A DNA stretch of 64,000 nucleotides from Octopus vulgaris (lineage: Eukaryota), in the NCBI GenBank assembly GCA_951406725.2, contig OX597836.1:3720001-3784000 (forward strand), written 5' to 3'. Below are positions 1 to 12,029 of this stretch, one piece after another. The notes below the pieces were generated by a model, which did no database searches, was not told the DNA's origin, and saw nothing but the letters and a program-made list of their open reading frames with translations. The stretch's first letter is position 1, and every line of letters begins with the position of its first letter. A program made the translations under genes and the position numbers.

Positions 1-315
1 TATGAAAGCGTTCAGTGTTCTGGTGCAGAGGAAGGCATTAATCATGGAAGAAAAGAAACCTTTTGTCTTATTTCCGGCAAACTTAATCTGTCCTGTGAAA
101 AGTCAACGGAAACTGTTTACAAATGCTGTGTAAAATGCCATTTAAGCTTTTTAAAATTCTTCTATCAATCACTCTTAACCTTCTTAGTGGTGGTCTTGGG
201 CTGACTGTCGGGTGGTAGGATGGAGAGAGGATATGGTTAAGATAGGATTAGCTTTAAGATTATAATCCTGTTGCTTGAGGTTTGACGAACAGCTTTCAGC
301 TGGTGTTGAACATGT

Positions 316-465
316 TCTGGCTGTGTGGCTAAGAAACTCGCTTTGTAACCGCATGGTTCCAGGTTCAATCCTACTGCATGGCACCTTGAGCAAGTGTCTT
401 CTATTATAGCCCTGGGTCAGCCAATACTTGCTGACTGAATTTGGTAGATGGAAACTGGAAGCTAT
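316..465 (+). mobile_element. tRNA-derived SINE family B (CORE-like), head fragment
   Basis: ggctgtgtgg...ggttcaatcctactgcatggcaccttgagcaagtgtcttct, matching the fuller copies at 27601-28034 and 50325-50715. Confidence 0.7.
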
Positions 466-1848
466 GCAATAATCCCTCTTTTTTACGATAGGACAAAATT
501 TATATTATTTGCTCTCAACTGAAGCAAGGCTCTATAACCTCACTACCTCCTCCTGGTCAAAAAAAGGAAAAAGTGTGCAGGGGGTCTCTAATAAAGCAGC
601 CTCTCAGTCCCCCCCCCCCTGCGATAGGTGAAAATCCACAAAGCAGAAACAGTACTGTGTATATTTTATTATAAATGCAAAACAAGGCTACAGTGGAATC
701 GGCGTAAGCTTAGATAACAAACCGCAATATGTCAAGGGATTACTGTATATGTATAGGGATATATATATAGCTATATATGTATAGATATATATTTGGCTAC
801 ATATGTATATCTGCATGTATGTTTATCTCCTTGTGGACTTAGTGGTTCAGCAAAAGTTTGCAAGAATGAGTTCCTGACTTGGAAATAATTACTGGGTTTG
901 ATTTGCTCAACTCACACCCTTCCAGCTGGTTTCTCTTCCGGTATGTTCCGAGGTGACTGGTGCGTTCACTGTGAAAAAAATTAGTGCTCAGAGCGAGCCC
1001 TGCCAGCTTGCATACGTAAAGCATGGAATGATTGATGTAAAATAACCAACATTAAAGAGAAATGGTTAGAACAGGGAATTGATAAAATACTGGGTGACTT
1101 TTACTTACGGTTTGTTAATGTCATTTTAGTTCTTGCCAAACGCTTGTTATAAAAGAAAAAATGAAAGTTTAGTCTTGGTGTCAAGATGTAACCCTTTTGA
1201 TATCAACCTGCTTCAAACTACCCCTTAGTTTTAATCGGGGCTGGCTGGAGTCAGAAACAAGGGGTGGCTGGAGTCAGTAAAGCTATAGTGACTCCAACTC
1301 CCAGTGTCTTTATTTTTTAATATAAACCAGTTTTAACAAATAGGCCTACTCAGAGTACAAGTGTATGCTTTGAGATATGTAGACCAGAATCACTTAATTA
1401 CATAAAGAGGAATTTGTATTGGGTTAGGGTTATTGTTCTGTCGTGTTGCCGTAATATTTTGATTGGTCTGTCAAAATATCTAATTCATCCAAAGACATTT
1501 CATTGTTTTTTTGTTTTTTTCTATGTTTTGTGTCTTCATATAAATCCTTCTCAAGTTGGAATTGCTCTGAAGCCATATCAGTTCTTACTCACCCCACCAA
1601 AAAACAGAAACAAATCCTTTCTTTATTTCAAACTGTACTGAAAATTTCCCAGCCTTTACAATAATATTTAGAAGGAAACGGCTTTCTTTTGAAGCTACGA
1701 GATCTGTGGTGATTTATTTTTAGAACGATATTGCAAGGTAGGTGTGATAGGTTAGATTTGACTAATTTGAACATAGAAACGCATAGAATATGTGCCAGAA
1801 ATGGTTTGATTAAATACTTAAAGTATTGTTTCTTCTTTTTCCTTTCAG

Positions 1849-1934
1849 CTTGGTTACTTTGCTGGAATTTGCCGAAGAGAGACTCCACTGCAAGAATGTC
1901 ATAATCTACTTCAAAAGGGATCGCAACAACAGAA
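1849..1934 (+). CDS. OAZ: Ornithine decarboxylase antizyme, penultimate coding exon (LVTLLEFAEERLHCKNVIIYFKRDRNNR)
   Basis: Polypyrimidine tract and tttcag acceptor ending at 1848; gtaagt donor at 1935. The translation matches the antizyme LLEFAEE motif (human OAZ1 from memory: [28 protein letters not shown]). It splices in frame (A|GT = Ser) to the exon at 6336. Confidence 0.93.
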
Positions 1935-2369
1935 GTAAGTCAAAACCACTTTCGGTTTTTTTGGGGGTTTTTTTCTCTTTCTTGTGGTAGCTGAAGTTTC
2001 CCTCTTTTCTTATCCTTGCTTAGAATATAAAAGAAACACTTCAATTCCATATTCCCCAATATTTTAGAATCTGAAGGGGTCGTTGGGGTAATTACAATTC
2101 TTCCCAGTTTATTAAAACTGCGTAATCTAAAATGTCTTCATCCTTTCCTTGCATACACAAGCATTTTTCTCCCTAAAGAGCAAAGGCCATCAACAGCCCC
2201 AGCTTTTCTCTTCTGTTCTTGACTCTGGGCCTTCTTTTCTATTTCTATCCAGCTGGATCCCTACTTCTTAAGCTTTCCTTCCTGTTTCTCCAAAGGATGT
2301 CCCTCTCTCAAATCTTGTTGCTTTTGACTCCTCATCGATGCTTCTGTAAACTTTGCCTTTTTTTCTTTC

Positions 2370-2560
2370 TTAAACCTTGGTAGGGATGTTGGCTTTACGC
2401 AAACCCCTTTTTTACCTTCTGGAAAGAGCTGGTCGATATTGCTCAGGCCTCTGTCTTTTGACTTGTCCAGCCTGGGAAGCCCTAGTTGGATCTTGTGCTG
2501 GCATAGCTCTCTGGATCATTGAGGCATGCAAGCCATCACGCCACAAGGACTAGGTCCTGT
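2370..2560 (-). mobile_element. RTE-clade LINE 5' terminal/UTR relic
   Basis: The reverse complement reads gcttgcatgcctcaatgatccagagagctatgcc...agggcttcccaggctggacaagtcaaa, which I recognise as an RTE 5'-end motif. Homologous to 33260-33440 and 60085-60200. Confidence 0.6.
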
Positions 2561-3225
2561 GGTAGTCAATCCATTCCTTGTATATTTCTGATGTCCCTGT
2601 ATTAAAATTTATTTTTTAACTCTTAAGCATTCAGACTTCTCATCGATTCACATGTGGTTACATGTGCGTGTGTTTACCATGTGAACTACGGTGAAAAAAA
2701 TTAAAGTTATGGTATATAATCTTTGTGCAGAGGTTCCTTGAGATATGTAATTTATTTTAAGGCTTACACAAGGGTAAAAATGTTAACACTTCTGTAGACT
2801 TAGCTTATCTAGCACCAGCTTTCCAGCGAGATTATCTCCCCTTATCATAGGGAGACGGCCTTCAATGCCATTTGGTAATCGTGACATCCTCTCCAGGAGG
2901 AGATAATTTTCATAGATGAAGAATTTACATTCTGTGGTATTTTATGTAACTATAATTTCCGTTTATATACATGCTGCTGGTCACTCTGAGTTATTTAGAT
3001 TAGCTTTTGTGTGTATGTAATCTTTTTAGTCACTGCCATGATTCGAGTAATGTTGCTATTATTTCTAGCGGGTTTAATGATCATATAGAGGGTTCTGCAT
3101 TATTCTAAAAGAGGAGGAAAGAAAAAGAAAACCCTGTAATATCCTAGGTTTGGTTCTTAGCTGATAGATCAACCCGTTAGCTTTCAGATTTCTTTGTCAA
3201 ATGCAATGTTTGTTTTCTCATATCT

Positions 3226-3566
3226 GAGACCCCTTCGGTCATGAATGACTATGGGATTGTACCTAGAAAGTTACCCTCCCAGGCACAAGTCCGGGCAAGG
3301 TTGCTTATGGAAGACCAGCAGTCACCCATGCATACCAGCCTCCCTTCTCTCCATGCCCGTCTATGTTATCCAAGGGAAAGGCAAAAGGGGCCGATACAGC
3401 TTGGCACCAGTAACGTCGCAACTCATTTCTACAGCTGAGTAGAACTGGAGCAACATGAAAGAAAGTGTCTTGCTCAAGAACACCACACGCTTCCCGGTTC
3501 ATGAATCAAACTCACAACCTCACGGTCCTAAGTTCAGCACTCTAACCACTGAGCCATGCGCCTTCA
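3226..3566 (-). mobile_element. tRNA-derived SINE family D
   Basis: Minus-strand head tgaaggcgcatggctcagtggttagag (A box), then cttgagcaagacactt. Related copies at 57352-57530 and 63115-63226. Confidence 0.8.
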
Positions 3567-4271
3567 CATATAGTTCTGAAGTAATCGTGCATTGTCTCAT
3601 AGCTTCAAACTTTCGATGTTTATTTTTAGGATGATACAGGGTAGTGCGTGAGAGGTCAGAGCTGGCTTTCTTTGAACATAGCAGCAGGAAGAGTATTTGG
3701 TCCTAGATATGTCTGTAACGAGTAAAATACAAAACCCCAAAATACAATGATAGAAGCTGGAACTGTCTGTGCAAGGTCCTAAAAGACTAACTTCAAAGTA
3801 TTCTACTATTGCTGGTTTGAAAGAAACGAATGGATGTTTAATAGATTGTAATTTGGATTCTAATTAAATTATGAACTACATGACCAGGATAATGGGTGAT
3901 AGAATTAGTCAGGCATCACACAAAGTAATTTCTGGAATTGAGCTATTGCATCCTGTTGTATTTGAGTGTAAATCCTGTTCAGCTGTATCCTGTTCCGTTT
4001 TCAGTTTAAATCCGGTTATGGTTGGTTTTTGCCTTTGTTTTTATCCTTCCTGGTTTTAATTAAATAAATTGCCAATGGAGTAAGAGGGTGGAGGTGGATC
4101 TAATAATACTTCCTCACCGCCAAAAATCTCTCGTGGCTCTCAACTTTCAGATAATAATAACAATAAAAAAACCAGTTTCCAAGCAACTGTCAATTGGATT
4201 TGTGGAGTGCAAGAGGTGTGGGAAGGTTGCATTCACTCATTTTTTTTTTTTTAACCACTGGTCAAGATGCT

Positions 4272-4428
4272 TGACCCTTTAGCATTCATATTAAATGTAA
4301 TGTGCATTTATTCACATTTGATTATTTTTAGAGTGGCATTGTATGGTAGGTGTGAGAGGCCCGATCTGGTCAGTTTGACCATAGAGCAGGTAGACTATTT
4401 GGGCCAGATATGGTCAGTGTAAATCAAG
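4272..4428 (+). repeat. Dispersed MITE-like repeat; related copies at about 1690-1822 and 3590-3715, all in OAZ introns
   Basis: Shared ggtaggtgtgagagg...tttgaacatag...gccagatatgg-like block. Confidence 0.5.
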
Positions 4429-5544
4429 GGTCTCCAAAGTGGTCGATATCAACCCCTGGTGGTTGATAGAACTATTCAAAGGGGTCAATAAATGTACATC
4501 TACTGAATTTTTATTTTTTTGTACATACCTGGGGGTTGATTCCATGAAGGAGTCGATGGTCTTAAAATTTTGGGGTCCCATGATCTAAATGCAAATGGCC
4601 TAAACACTGGACACAGGAGACAGTCTAAATGCCAGAGAGGCTGAGAGCAGCTGTTTCTCTCGCTGCTGTATCTGTTATTGATACGATTGAAACTAGAACA
4701 GCTGCTGCCACTACTACTACCAGAAACATAGTTCTCCAGTTGCTGCCATTCCATTATGGAGTCAAACGAAGTCTTTGCCTGGTTTCTTGGCTTGCTAGAA
4801 ATAGCAGCCAAATGACTGTTTGAAAAATAAGTGATGTACACATTGGCCAAATGTGGTTTTAGATGCTTTTAAACAAATGGGGCTGGAGAACTTTTGGCCA
4901 TGGGAATGTTTTAACACTTGATTAGTCCACATTACTTTGTGAGATATGTAGATCACAATCACTTGATTACACAAAGAGAAGTTGGAATATTTTGTTTTGA
5001 TTCCACGGCCCTGGTGGACCCTGGTTGAGAAGTACTGCATAAGCTTTTAAACCCATTTCTGGCCCCAATTTTTTTTGTTTTTTGGTTCTTGAGTGGACAA
5101 CGGGTGTTTGTTTAAATGGTAGCAGTTGTTTATAGTTTGTTGGCTGATGACAGCTAGAACCATTGTCCTATTTAGTGTAGCAGCTGTCACAGGAAGAAGA
5201 GTGGAGGGGGGGTAACAGTTGTTTATTGGAAGATACAAGGAATTGGGTTTTAAGAGGACTTCAAAGGAAACATTTTTTTGTGATTTTGCTGTTTTTTTTT
5301 TTTTTTTTTTTTTTGTTAGGCAAAACTTTAAGGTACATCCGTAAGACAAGTTCAGGTCTCAATATAAATATAATGGTTTACCCCCCAGTGCTTGACTGGT
5401 ACTTGTTTTATTGGCCCTGGAAAGCTGAAAGGCTCAGTCGGCCTTGGCAGAACTTGATCTCAGAACATAAAAGTGGATGAAATATTTCTAAGCAATTTGT
5501 CGGTGTGCTAAGTTCCATCAGCTTACCACCTTCAAAAGATTCAT

Positions 5545-5935
5545 ATTATTTATTGCCCTCAGGGGGTGCTAAACATAGAGGGGACAAACAAGGACAGACA
5601 AAGGGATTTAGTCACATCAACCCAGTGCGTAACTGGTACTTAATTTATCGACCCCCCCCAAAAGGATGAAAGGCAAAGCCGACATCTGTGGAATTTGAAC
5701 TCAGAATGTAAAGAGACAAAATACCTATTTCTTTACTACCCACAAGGGGCTAAACACAGAGAGGACAGACAAATGGATTAAGTCGGTTATATCGACCCCA
5801 GTGCGCAAGTGGTACTTTTTTAATCGACCCTGAAAGGCAAAGTCGACCTTGGCGGAATTTGAACTCAGAACGTAACGGCAGACAAAATACGGCTACGCAT
5901 TTTGCCCAGCGTGCTAACGTTTCTGCCAGCTCACC
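5545..5935 (-). mobile_element. Two tandem or nested SINE family A copies (Meta-domain-like)
   Basis: Repeated aaggcaaagYcgac...ggaatttgaactcagaa and ctggtacttaatttatcgac blocks; the head ends at gccagctcacc. Confidence 0.8.
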
Positions 5936-5964
5936 ATACATGCATGCACGCACGCGCGCGCGAC

Positions 5965-6200
5965 ACAAGCATGGTTGTGGTAAGAAGTTGATTTCCCAAC
6001 AACATGGTTCAAGGTTCAGTCCCATTGCGTTGCACTTTGTGCATTGTCATCTCGGGCTGACAAAACACTTGCGAGTGGATTTAATGGACAGAAACTAAAA
6101 GAGGCTTCTCTGTGTGTATACACACACACACACACACTTTATCCCACCACCACCACTGTTTAACTGGTGTTGGTGTGTTTACCTCCCCGTAGTAAAGTGA
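5965..6200 (+). mobile_element. SINE family B, degenerate
   Basis: tggttgtggtaagaagttg...ggttcagtccca...gagtggattt, internal (CA)n, then tggtgttggtgtgtttac. Confidence 0.7.
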
Positions 6201-6335
6201 AAGTAAAAACTGGTTTTAAATATGAAATTTTCTGACACATTTTCCCCTTTTTTTCTTACGTGTATGTTTACATAATGAATTTTTTTTTATGTTTGTTTAT
6301 ATATGAAATTTTTTTTTCTTTTCTTTTTTCTTCAG

Positions 6336-6463
6336 GTTCCCTCATCAAGACTTTTATGTTTCTTGGTTTCGAAGTGGTTCCACCCGGCAATCCTCTAGTC
6401 CCGAACATTGGCGACTTAATCTTCATGGCATATACCATCCTAAGCGACGATCTCTCAGACTGA
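6336..6463 (+). CDS. OAZ: Ornithine decarboxylase antizyme, last coding exon (SLIKTFMFLGFEVVPPGNPLVPNIGDLIFMAYTILSDDLSD*)
   Basis: Long T-rich tract and ttcag acceptor ending at 6335; TGA stop at 6461-6463. Matches the antizyme C-terminus (human from memory: LLRTFSFLGFEIVRPGHPLVPKRPDACFMAYTF). Confidence 0.95.
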
Positions 6464-7070
6464 TCTGCTTACCTCTATTAAGATTCTTTGACACTCAGGT
6501 TGCAATATCGTTCTTCTTTTTAATCGAAAAAAAAAAACAATTTTAAAAAAGACCATTTTGCATCAGGGATACAGTTACCATTATTCTTAAGTGTGAATCT
6601 AAAAATAAAATCTATGGATTTTTTTCCCCCCTTATTTCCTTTTTATTAAAAATTAGTTTTGTAGAAATTTATTTGAATTTTTTTTTTCTTTTTTTCTTGT
6701 GTCTAGATAAGATGTGATTGCACAAAAAACTCAAAAATTCAAAAAAATAAAACGCCCGAAAAATACACATATATATATATAATATAAATATATATGTATA
6801 TATTATATGTATATATATATATATAATATATATACATGTCTTTATTTTTTTAACATTACCATTTAAACAATGGAGATGTCCTTGCAACCTTTCTTTCCAA
6901 GAATCTTACCCTCTGTCAAAGAAAAAAAAAACATTGTATCCATGAGTTATAAAAAAATTAAAAAATCACCCCCCAAAAAAAAAGAATATATACAGAAAAA
7001 TTACAAAAAAAAAATAAAAAAACTAACTTAAACCATTGTACATTTGTCTTAATCTTTTGTGTTATGTTTC
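6464..7070 (+). promoter_or_regulatory. OAZ 3' UTR with candidate poly(A) signals
   Basis: AATAAA at 6604, 6746 and 7013. The last is followed by TGTA and a GT/T-rich tract (about 7037-7090). Confidence 0.55.
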
Positions 7071-7148
7071 TTAATATCCTGTTTTTGATATCGTTATTTG
7101 TTGCTTGGGATCTTTTCTGTTTGGCCACCAAGGTTTAAAAAATTGAAA

Positions 7149-7545
7149 CATCATTTAACGTCCGCTTTCCATGCTAGCATGAGTTGGACGAGTGACTGAG
7201 GGCTGGTGAACCAGATGGCTGCACCAGGCTCCAATCTTGATCTGGCAGAGTTTCTACAGCTGGATGCCCTTCCTAACACCAACCACTCCGAGAGTGTAGT
7301 GGGTGCTTTTTACGTGCCACCAGCATGGGGGCCAGTCAGGCGGTACTGGCAGCGACCTCGCTCGAATCTTTTTACACATGCCACCCGGCAAAGGTGCCAG
7401 TAAGGCAACGCTGGTAACTATCACACTCGAATGGTGCCTTTTATGTGCCACTGGCACGAAAGCAGGTTAACCACTCTGTCAACGATCACACTCGTATGGT
7501 GCTTTTTGCACCCTGCTAGCATGGATGCCAGTCATTGAATTTGAT
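7149..7545 (-). mobile_element. Retroposon 3' tail, family E
   Basis: tttaacgtccgctttccatgctagcatg...ggatgcccttcctaac, nearly identical to 8018-8236; a stub is present at about 8652-8705. Confidence 0.7.
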
Positions 7546-7582
7546 TTAATATTATCAAAAATTTTTAAATGTGGTACAATAA

Positions 7583-7776
7583 CCCTTTCGTTACTATATT
7601 TTGAGATCCTTTGTTTTCTCTCAATTATTTTAAATATAACAAAGAATTAAGCTAGTGTTAGGAACATTAATTGCGACCAAGTGTTCGTGAAAGATTTTAA
7701 TTCAAACCTTATGGAAAAAAAAAACATTTGTACTACAGAGCCAGAGGCGGTTTCAGCCAGGTTGGTAACGAAAGGG
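7583..7776. mobile_element. piggyBac-like MITE
   Basis: 12-bp TIRs ccctttcgttac / gtaacgaaaggg with CCC..GGG ends, flanked by ataa and ttaa. Degenerate partial copies at about 24270-24405 and 1190-1225. Confidence 0.65.
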
Positions 7777-8017
7777 TTAATGTAGCTTTTCCAAACTGAA
7801 TTGCTGGAGTTATTTCACTTTTTCCTGAAGATAAAAAAAAAAAACAAAGTTAGTTTTAAAGTTTGATCATTTCAACTTGGTCAGGAGACAAGATTTGGAA
7901 GGAGTCATTTTGTGCGTGACAAACACATTTTGTCAACATCCTGGAAATAGCACGAGTTGTCAGTGTTTGTATTCTACACGTGGAAGATGAGTAAACTATG
8001 CATCTTATTACAAATTA

Positions 8018-8236
8018 ATCATCATCATCGTTTAACGTCCGCTTTCCATGCTAGCATGGGTTGGACGATTTGACTGAGGGCTGCCGAACCAGATGGCTGC
8101 ACCAGGCTCCAATCTTGATCTGGCAGAGTTTCTACAACTGGATGCCCTTCCTAACGCCAACCACTCCGCGAGTGTAGTGGGTGCTTTTACGTGCCACCGG
8201 CACTAGGGCCAGTCGGGCGGTACTGGCAACAACCAC
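8018..8236 (-). mobile_element. Retroposon 3' tail, family E
   Basis: Near-identical to the start of 7149-7545, with a (cat)n tail. Confidence 0.7.
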
Positions 8237-8761
8237 AAAAAATTTTATTTAAAAAAAAAACAAACCACCATTAATCATTCGATATGGATTTTGGTGGGTA
8301 AAACAGCACAGCGTCAACAAGTAGTTTCAATATATTTGTCAACACCTGCTCTCTTGCAGGCAAGAGTTACCAGATTTGGCTTGTTACTATGCATAAAACG
8401 GACCTGATTGTGTCTGTGGCTTACGGTTGGCTAAAAGTACACAGACGCACACACAGTTAACATTTATACACGACAGGTTCCCATACAAATTCCGTCTATG
8501 AATTCCTCACTCATTGCATTCTGGATTGCATCCAAAACAATCTAGTTGTTAGGTGAACTGTAAACATATAACAGCACCTGATGTACACAGCTAAGCGGCA
8601 GATTGCTATTTCTCTGCCAATCTGTTTTAAAACGATTTCAATATGCACACATCATCATCTGCATCGTTTTTACGTTTGCTTTCTCATGCTGGCATGGGTT
8701 GGATTGAGTAGTACTTACTGACACTAATCGTTTTATTTGCTTCTTACAGTACAGTGATAAG

Positions 8762-8960
8762 AGACGTTAGCACGCCGGACAAAGTGCGTAGCCGTATTTC
8801 GTCTGCCGTTACGTTCTGAGTTCAAATTCCGTCGAGGTCGACTTTGCCTTTCATCCTTTCGGGGTCAATAAATTAAGCACCAGTTGCATACTGGGGTCGA
8901 TCTAATCGACTGGCTTCCTCTCCAAAAATTTCGGGCTTTGTGCCCAGAATAAAAAAGGAT
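8762..8960 (+). mobile_element. SINE family A
   Basis: gttctgagttcaaattcc (B box), then gtcgactttgcctttcatcctttcggggtc. Confidence 0.8.
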
Positions 8961-9699
8961 TTAGCATATTCTAGAAATTGTATAATATAACTTTTAAGAA
9001 AATGAAATCTGTTGAATGTGCTTTGGAATTGGTGTCTATTGAAAAATACCTGGTTTACGTAGTTGCTTTACTTGACCTGCTAACAACAGTTGCCAAATTG
9101 TAAATCTGGATAAAACATAATACAAATCGGGTAATATACGCAAAATCTATTCCTGTCTGGTAACTTTAACCCTTTACATAAACGTGACCTACCTATGGAG
9201 AAAAGTATAAGAATGTGAGATACTGTAGGCGGTATTGATGCCTGAGTGTTGTGGGTGGATGTTTGGATACGTTATGAACCGGATTTATGTTTTGATTGGC
9301 TTCATTCTTTACGTTTGTGTAACAGTGGAACCGGATGCATAACTTCTTTTCTCCCACGCTTTGCATCTAAGTGGTTTCTAGAAAGTTCCACTTGCACAGC
9401 CTCTTTGGCCAGTTTTATTCTATAACTGCCAATCGTCCAATGCCTTGTGAGTCAATTTTGTTGATGGACACTGTGTGGAACCTCTTTCCATACATTGCAT
9501 TATTTGTCTGTTTCTGTTTCCCGTCACTTGGAAACGGGTGTTAGATTATCTTCGTCCTCGTAACTTAGTAACTTGTCAAATTAAAACCGATAGAATAAAT
9601 ACTGGAGGTCTAATCGACTAAACGCATTGAAGCGTTGCCCCAGTGTGGCCGCAGTCCACTGATCTAAAACTGATAAGTTAAGTCTGCGAGAAGGGGCAT

Positions 9700-10050
9700 G
9701 GCCTTAGCAGGCTTTCCAAGACCAGTGAGTTCGATACCGTTTAACGTCGTTTAAACTTATCCGTCAACACCCGCAGGTAAGACATAAGGAGGGGAAGATT
9801 CCAAAGGGTTGATATTGTGAGTAGAAAAGGCAACATAACGGTGTCTACAGGGCTGGGGGTGGTTGAACGCACCAGGAGGAAAGAAATGATAGAAAAATGC
9901 ATGTTGGGGGGCGTGCGAGACCGGTCAGTTGCGAGAAACGGTGACCATTACACTAAAGAGAATTCGGCACGCCTGTGGGCCAGGAACTGGAGCCTGTCCG
10001 TAAGTGTTTGAATACCAATCAAGCGAGAGGTACTCGAAATGCGAACCAAG
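9700..10050 (-). mobile_element. Jockey/CR1-group LINE ORF2 3' end, degenerate
   Basis: The minus strand translates RLIGIQTLTDRLQFLAHRRA ... STLWNLP ... FK, the typical LxHRR / LWNxLP / FK C-terminal motifs. Confidence 0.65.
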
Positions 10051-10459
10051 ATATCTGTTGTGTGCGTTGAAGTGACAAAATGTTATGGCCGAAACGCTTT
10101 TGTCTTCGTCTGTTCGCTCATTAATGACTTTGGTTTAAACGATTATGTATTACATTTCCATCGATAATCCTAATCCAATCCGTAACGACAGAATCCACGA
10201 TCCAACACCCAAAAGCGGAAATAGAAATGACATCGAGTTACGTAAACCACAAGCCATCCTCAAGAGCAGTAAAGAAAAAGTTATTCAAGGGAGGCTACTC
10301 TATACTACTAAATACATAATAGTATGCATGCTGTAATAGGTTGTCTCCCTTTATTGAAGCCTGCTACACTTTTATACAGATCTAACTTGCACGTTCTGCA
10401 CACAGTTGTATCGTTTATCGTCCTTGGGTCGAACTAACACGGGAGTTTCTGCGTCGAGG

Positions 10460-10840
10460 ATTGAGCTGCGAGAAATAGCAACCAAATCTCTCCTAAAACC
10501 TCATCGTACCATCTTCAAAACGTGAGATGCGTTGGGCAAACCAATTCCGGAACTCCTATATCTAGAAATAAGATGTGATGGTCATGCCTGGACTATGTTT
10601 TAACGTAGGATTGTCTTGGGCTAAACGACAACAACAGTTTTTCCTACACAAGAATCACCTTTAGAAAGATAAAAAATAGAACTCGACGAAGCAGCAAAGC
10701 AGTCATTTCCCATTCTCCTAGAAATAGCAGCTAAATATCCATCGTAACATACACTGTCGCTTTAAACAGATATAAATATATGAGATAATATTTAAAAGAG
10801 ACGAAATAGTCACGGTAAGAACGTCTTTCAGCATAGGTGT
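10460..10840 (+). repeat. Two copies of a dispersed repeat with core ctagaaatagcagcYaaat; others at about 36010-36190 (+) and 27520, 33690-33850, 62180 (-)
   Basis: Recurrent gaaatagca..aaatct and gatggtcaYg.ctRga blocks. Confidence 0.5.
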
Positions 10841-12029
10841 TTAAAATAGTGGTTCACGACCGGGGTCCACATTTTTAAATACAATTCCTAATAGAAATAG
10901 AATAGGATTTTCGAAAAATTCTTTGAATGAAATAAGGAAAATTGGCCCAAAATGGTTAGGAAACACTGGTCTAATCATTCCGATCAGAGCAGAATAATAC
11001 AACAACAACAAAAACAAAAACATTGAATCTCTGTGGACAAGTGGTAAACTGTTCAATAGATCATCGCTTGTATATGTTTCGATTCTCTGCGCTTTAAGTT
11101 CGAATTCCGCCGAAGTTAGTTCACCTTTCATCGCTTCTTCTTCCTCCTCTTCTTCTTCTTCTTCTTCTTCGAGAGAGAGAGTTAGTAAACTGCTGCGATG
11201 CTAAAAAGCGAAATGTTCAGGCGTCTTTTCTTTCTGTGAGGAATGGGCAGAAATGGATTGCCGTACATTACACAGAATCTGATATGTTTGGAATAAGCGA
11301 TCCTCAACCGACTAAAAAGGAGTGTTCAGCAAGTGATGGAAGGCTTGTCTTGTGCCTATGGACATAATTTACTGCTCCACTGATACAAAAAAATTGTTTA
11401 TGCCATAAAAGAATAGGAATGTTCAGATGAAACGACATATATGACAAGTGGAGAAAGTCTTCGTCATGAATTCAGCATTCAGGCTAAATTTTACACATTA
11501 ATTACGTATTCCTGTTGCTGCTGTGTGTTTTTGTCTTGTATCGTACAAGGTTGAATATGTAGTTGTGAAAACAGCAATGAGTAAAAAGTAAAGGCCACCA
11601 AGCACTGGACAACTCTGAAGTTTTCGCGTTCAAATAAACCGTATGTGTAGACTGTATTCACAGAAGGTTTTACTCATGCCATTAAAAACTATCATCACAT
11701 GAACAACAGCTGTGACTTGGACCCATTTGGGGTTTGCGCACGTGACCAGCTTGTAATGCCTATGAGGCAAAACGTAGAGTCGAAACCAACTGTTACAGAT
11801 GTATCGTTAGCCTGAAACCTAAAACTTGGAGATTCTTTACACTTTTGTTTGCGATTGATTTCCTGAATCTTCGATCAGGCAAATAATTCCTTCTTTGTCT
11901 TTTATTCCTTGACCAATAAATACCCAGAATATTAAATACTTCTGAACCTTTTCATTTAAGCCTGGATTTTAGAACTCCATTCTAAGTTTTTTTTTTTATG
12001 ACTTTAAAAAAATCGATTTTTTTTAATGC

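Noticed and set aside
6260-6335. N-terminal part of the 6260..6463 ORF
   Set aside because: It is intronic polypyrimidine tract; the real exon starts at 6336
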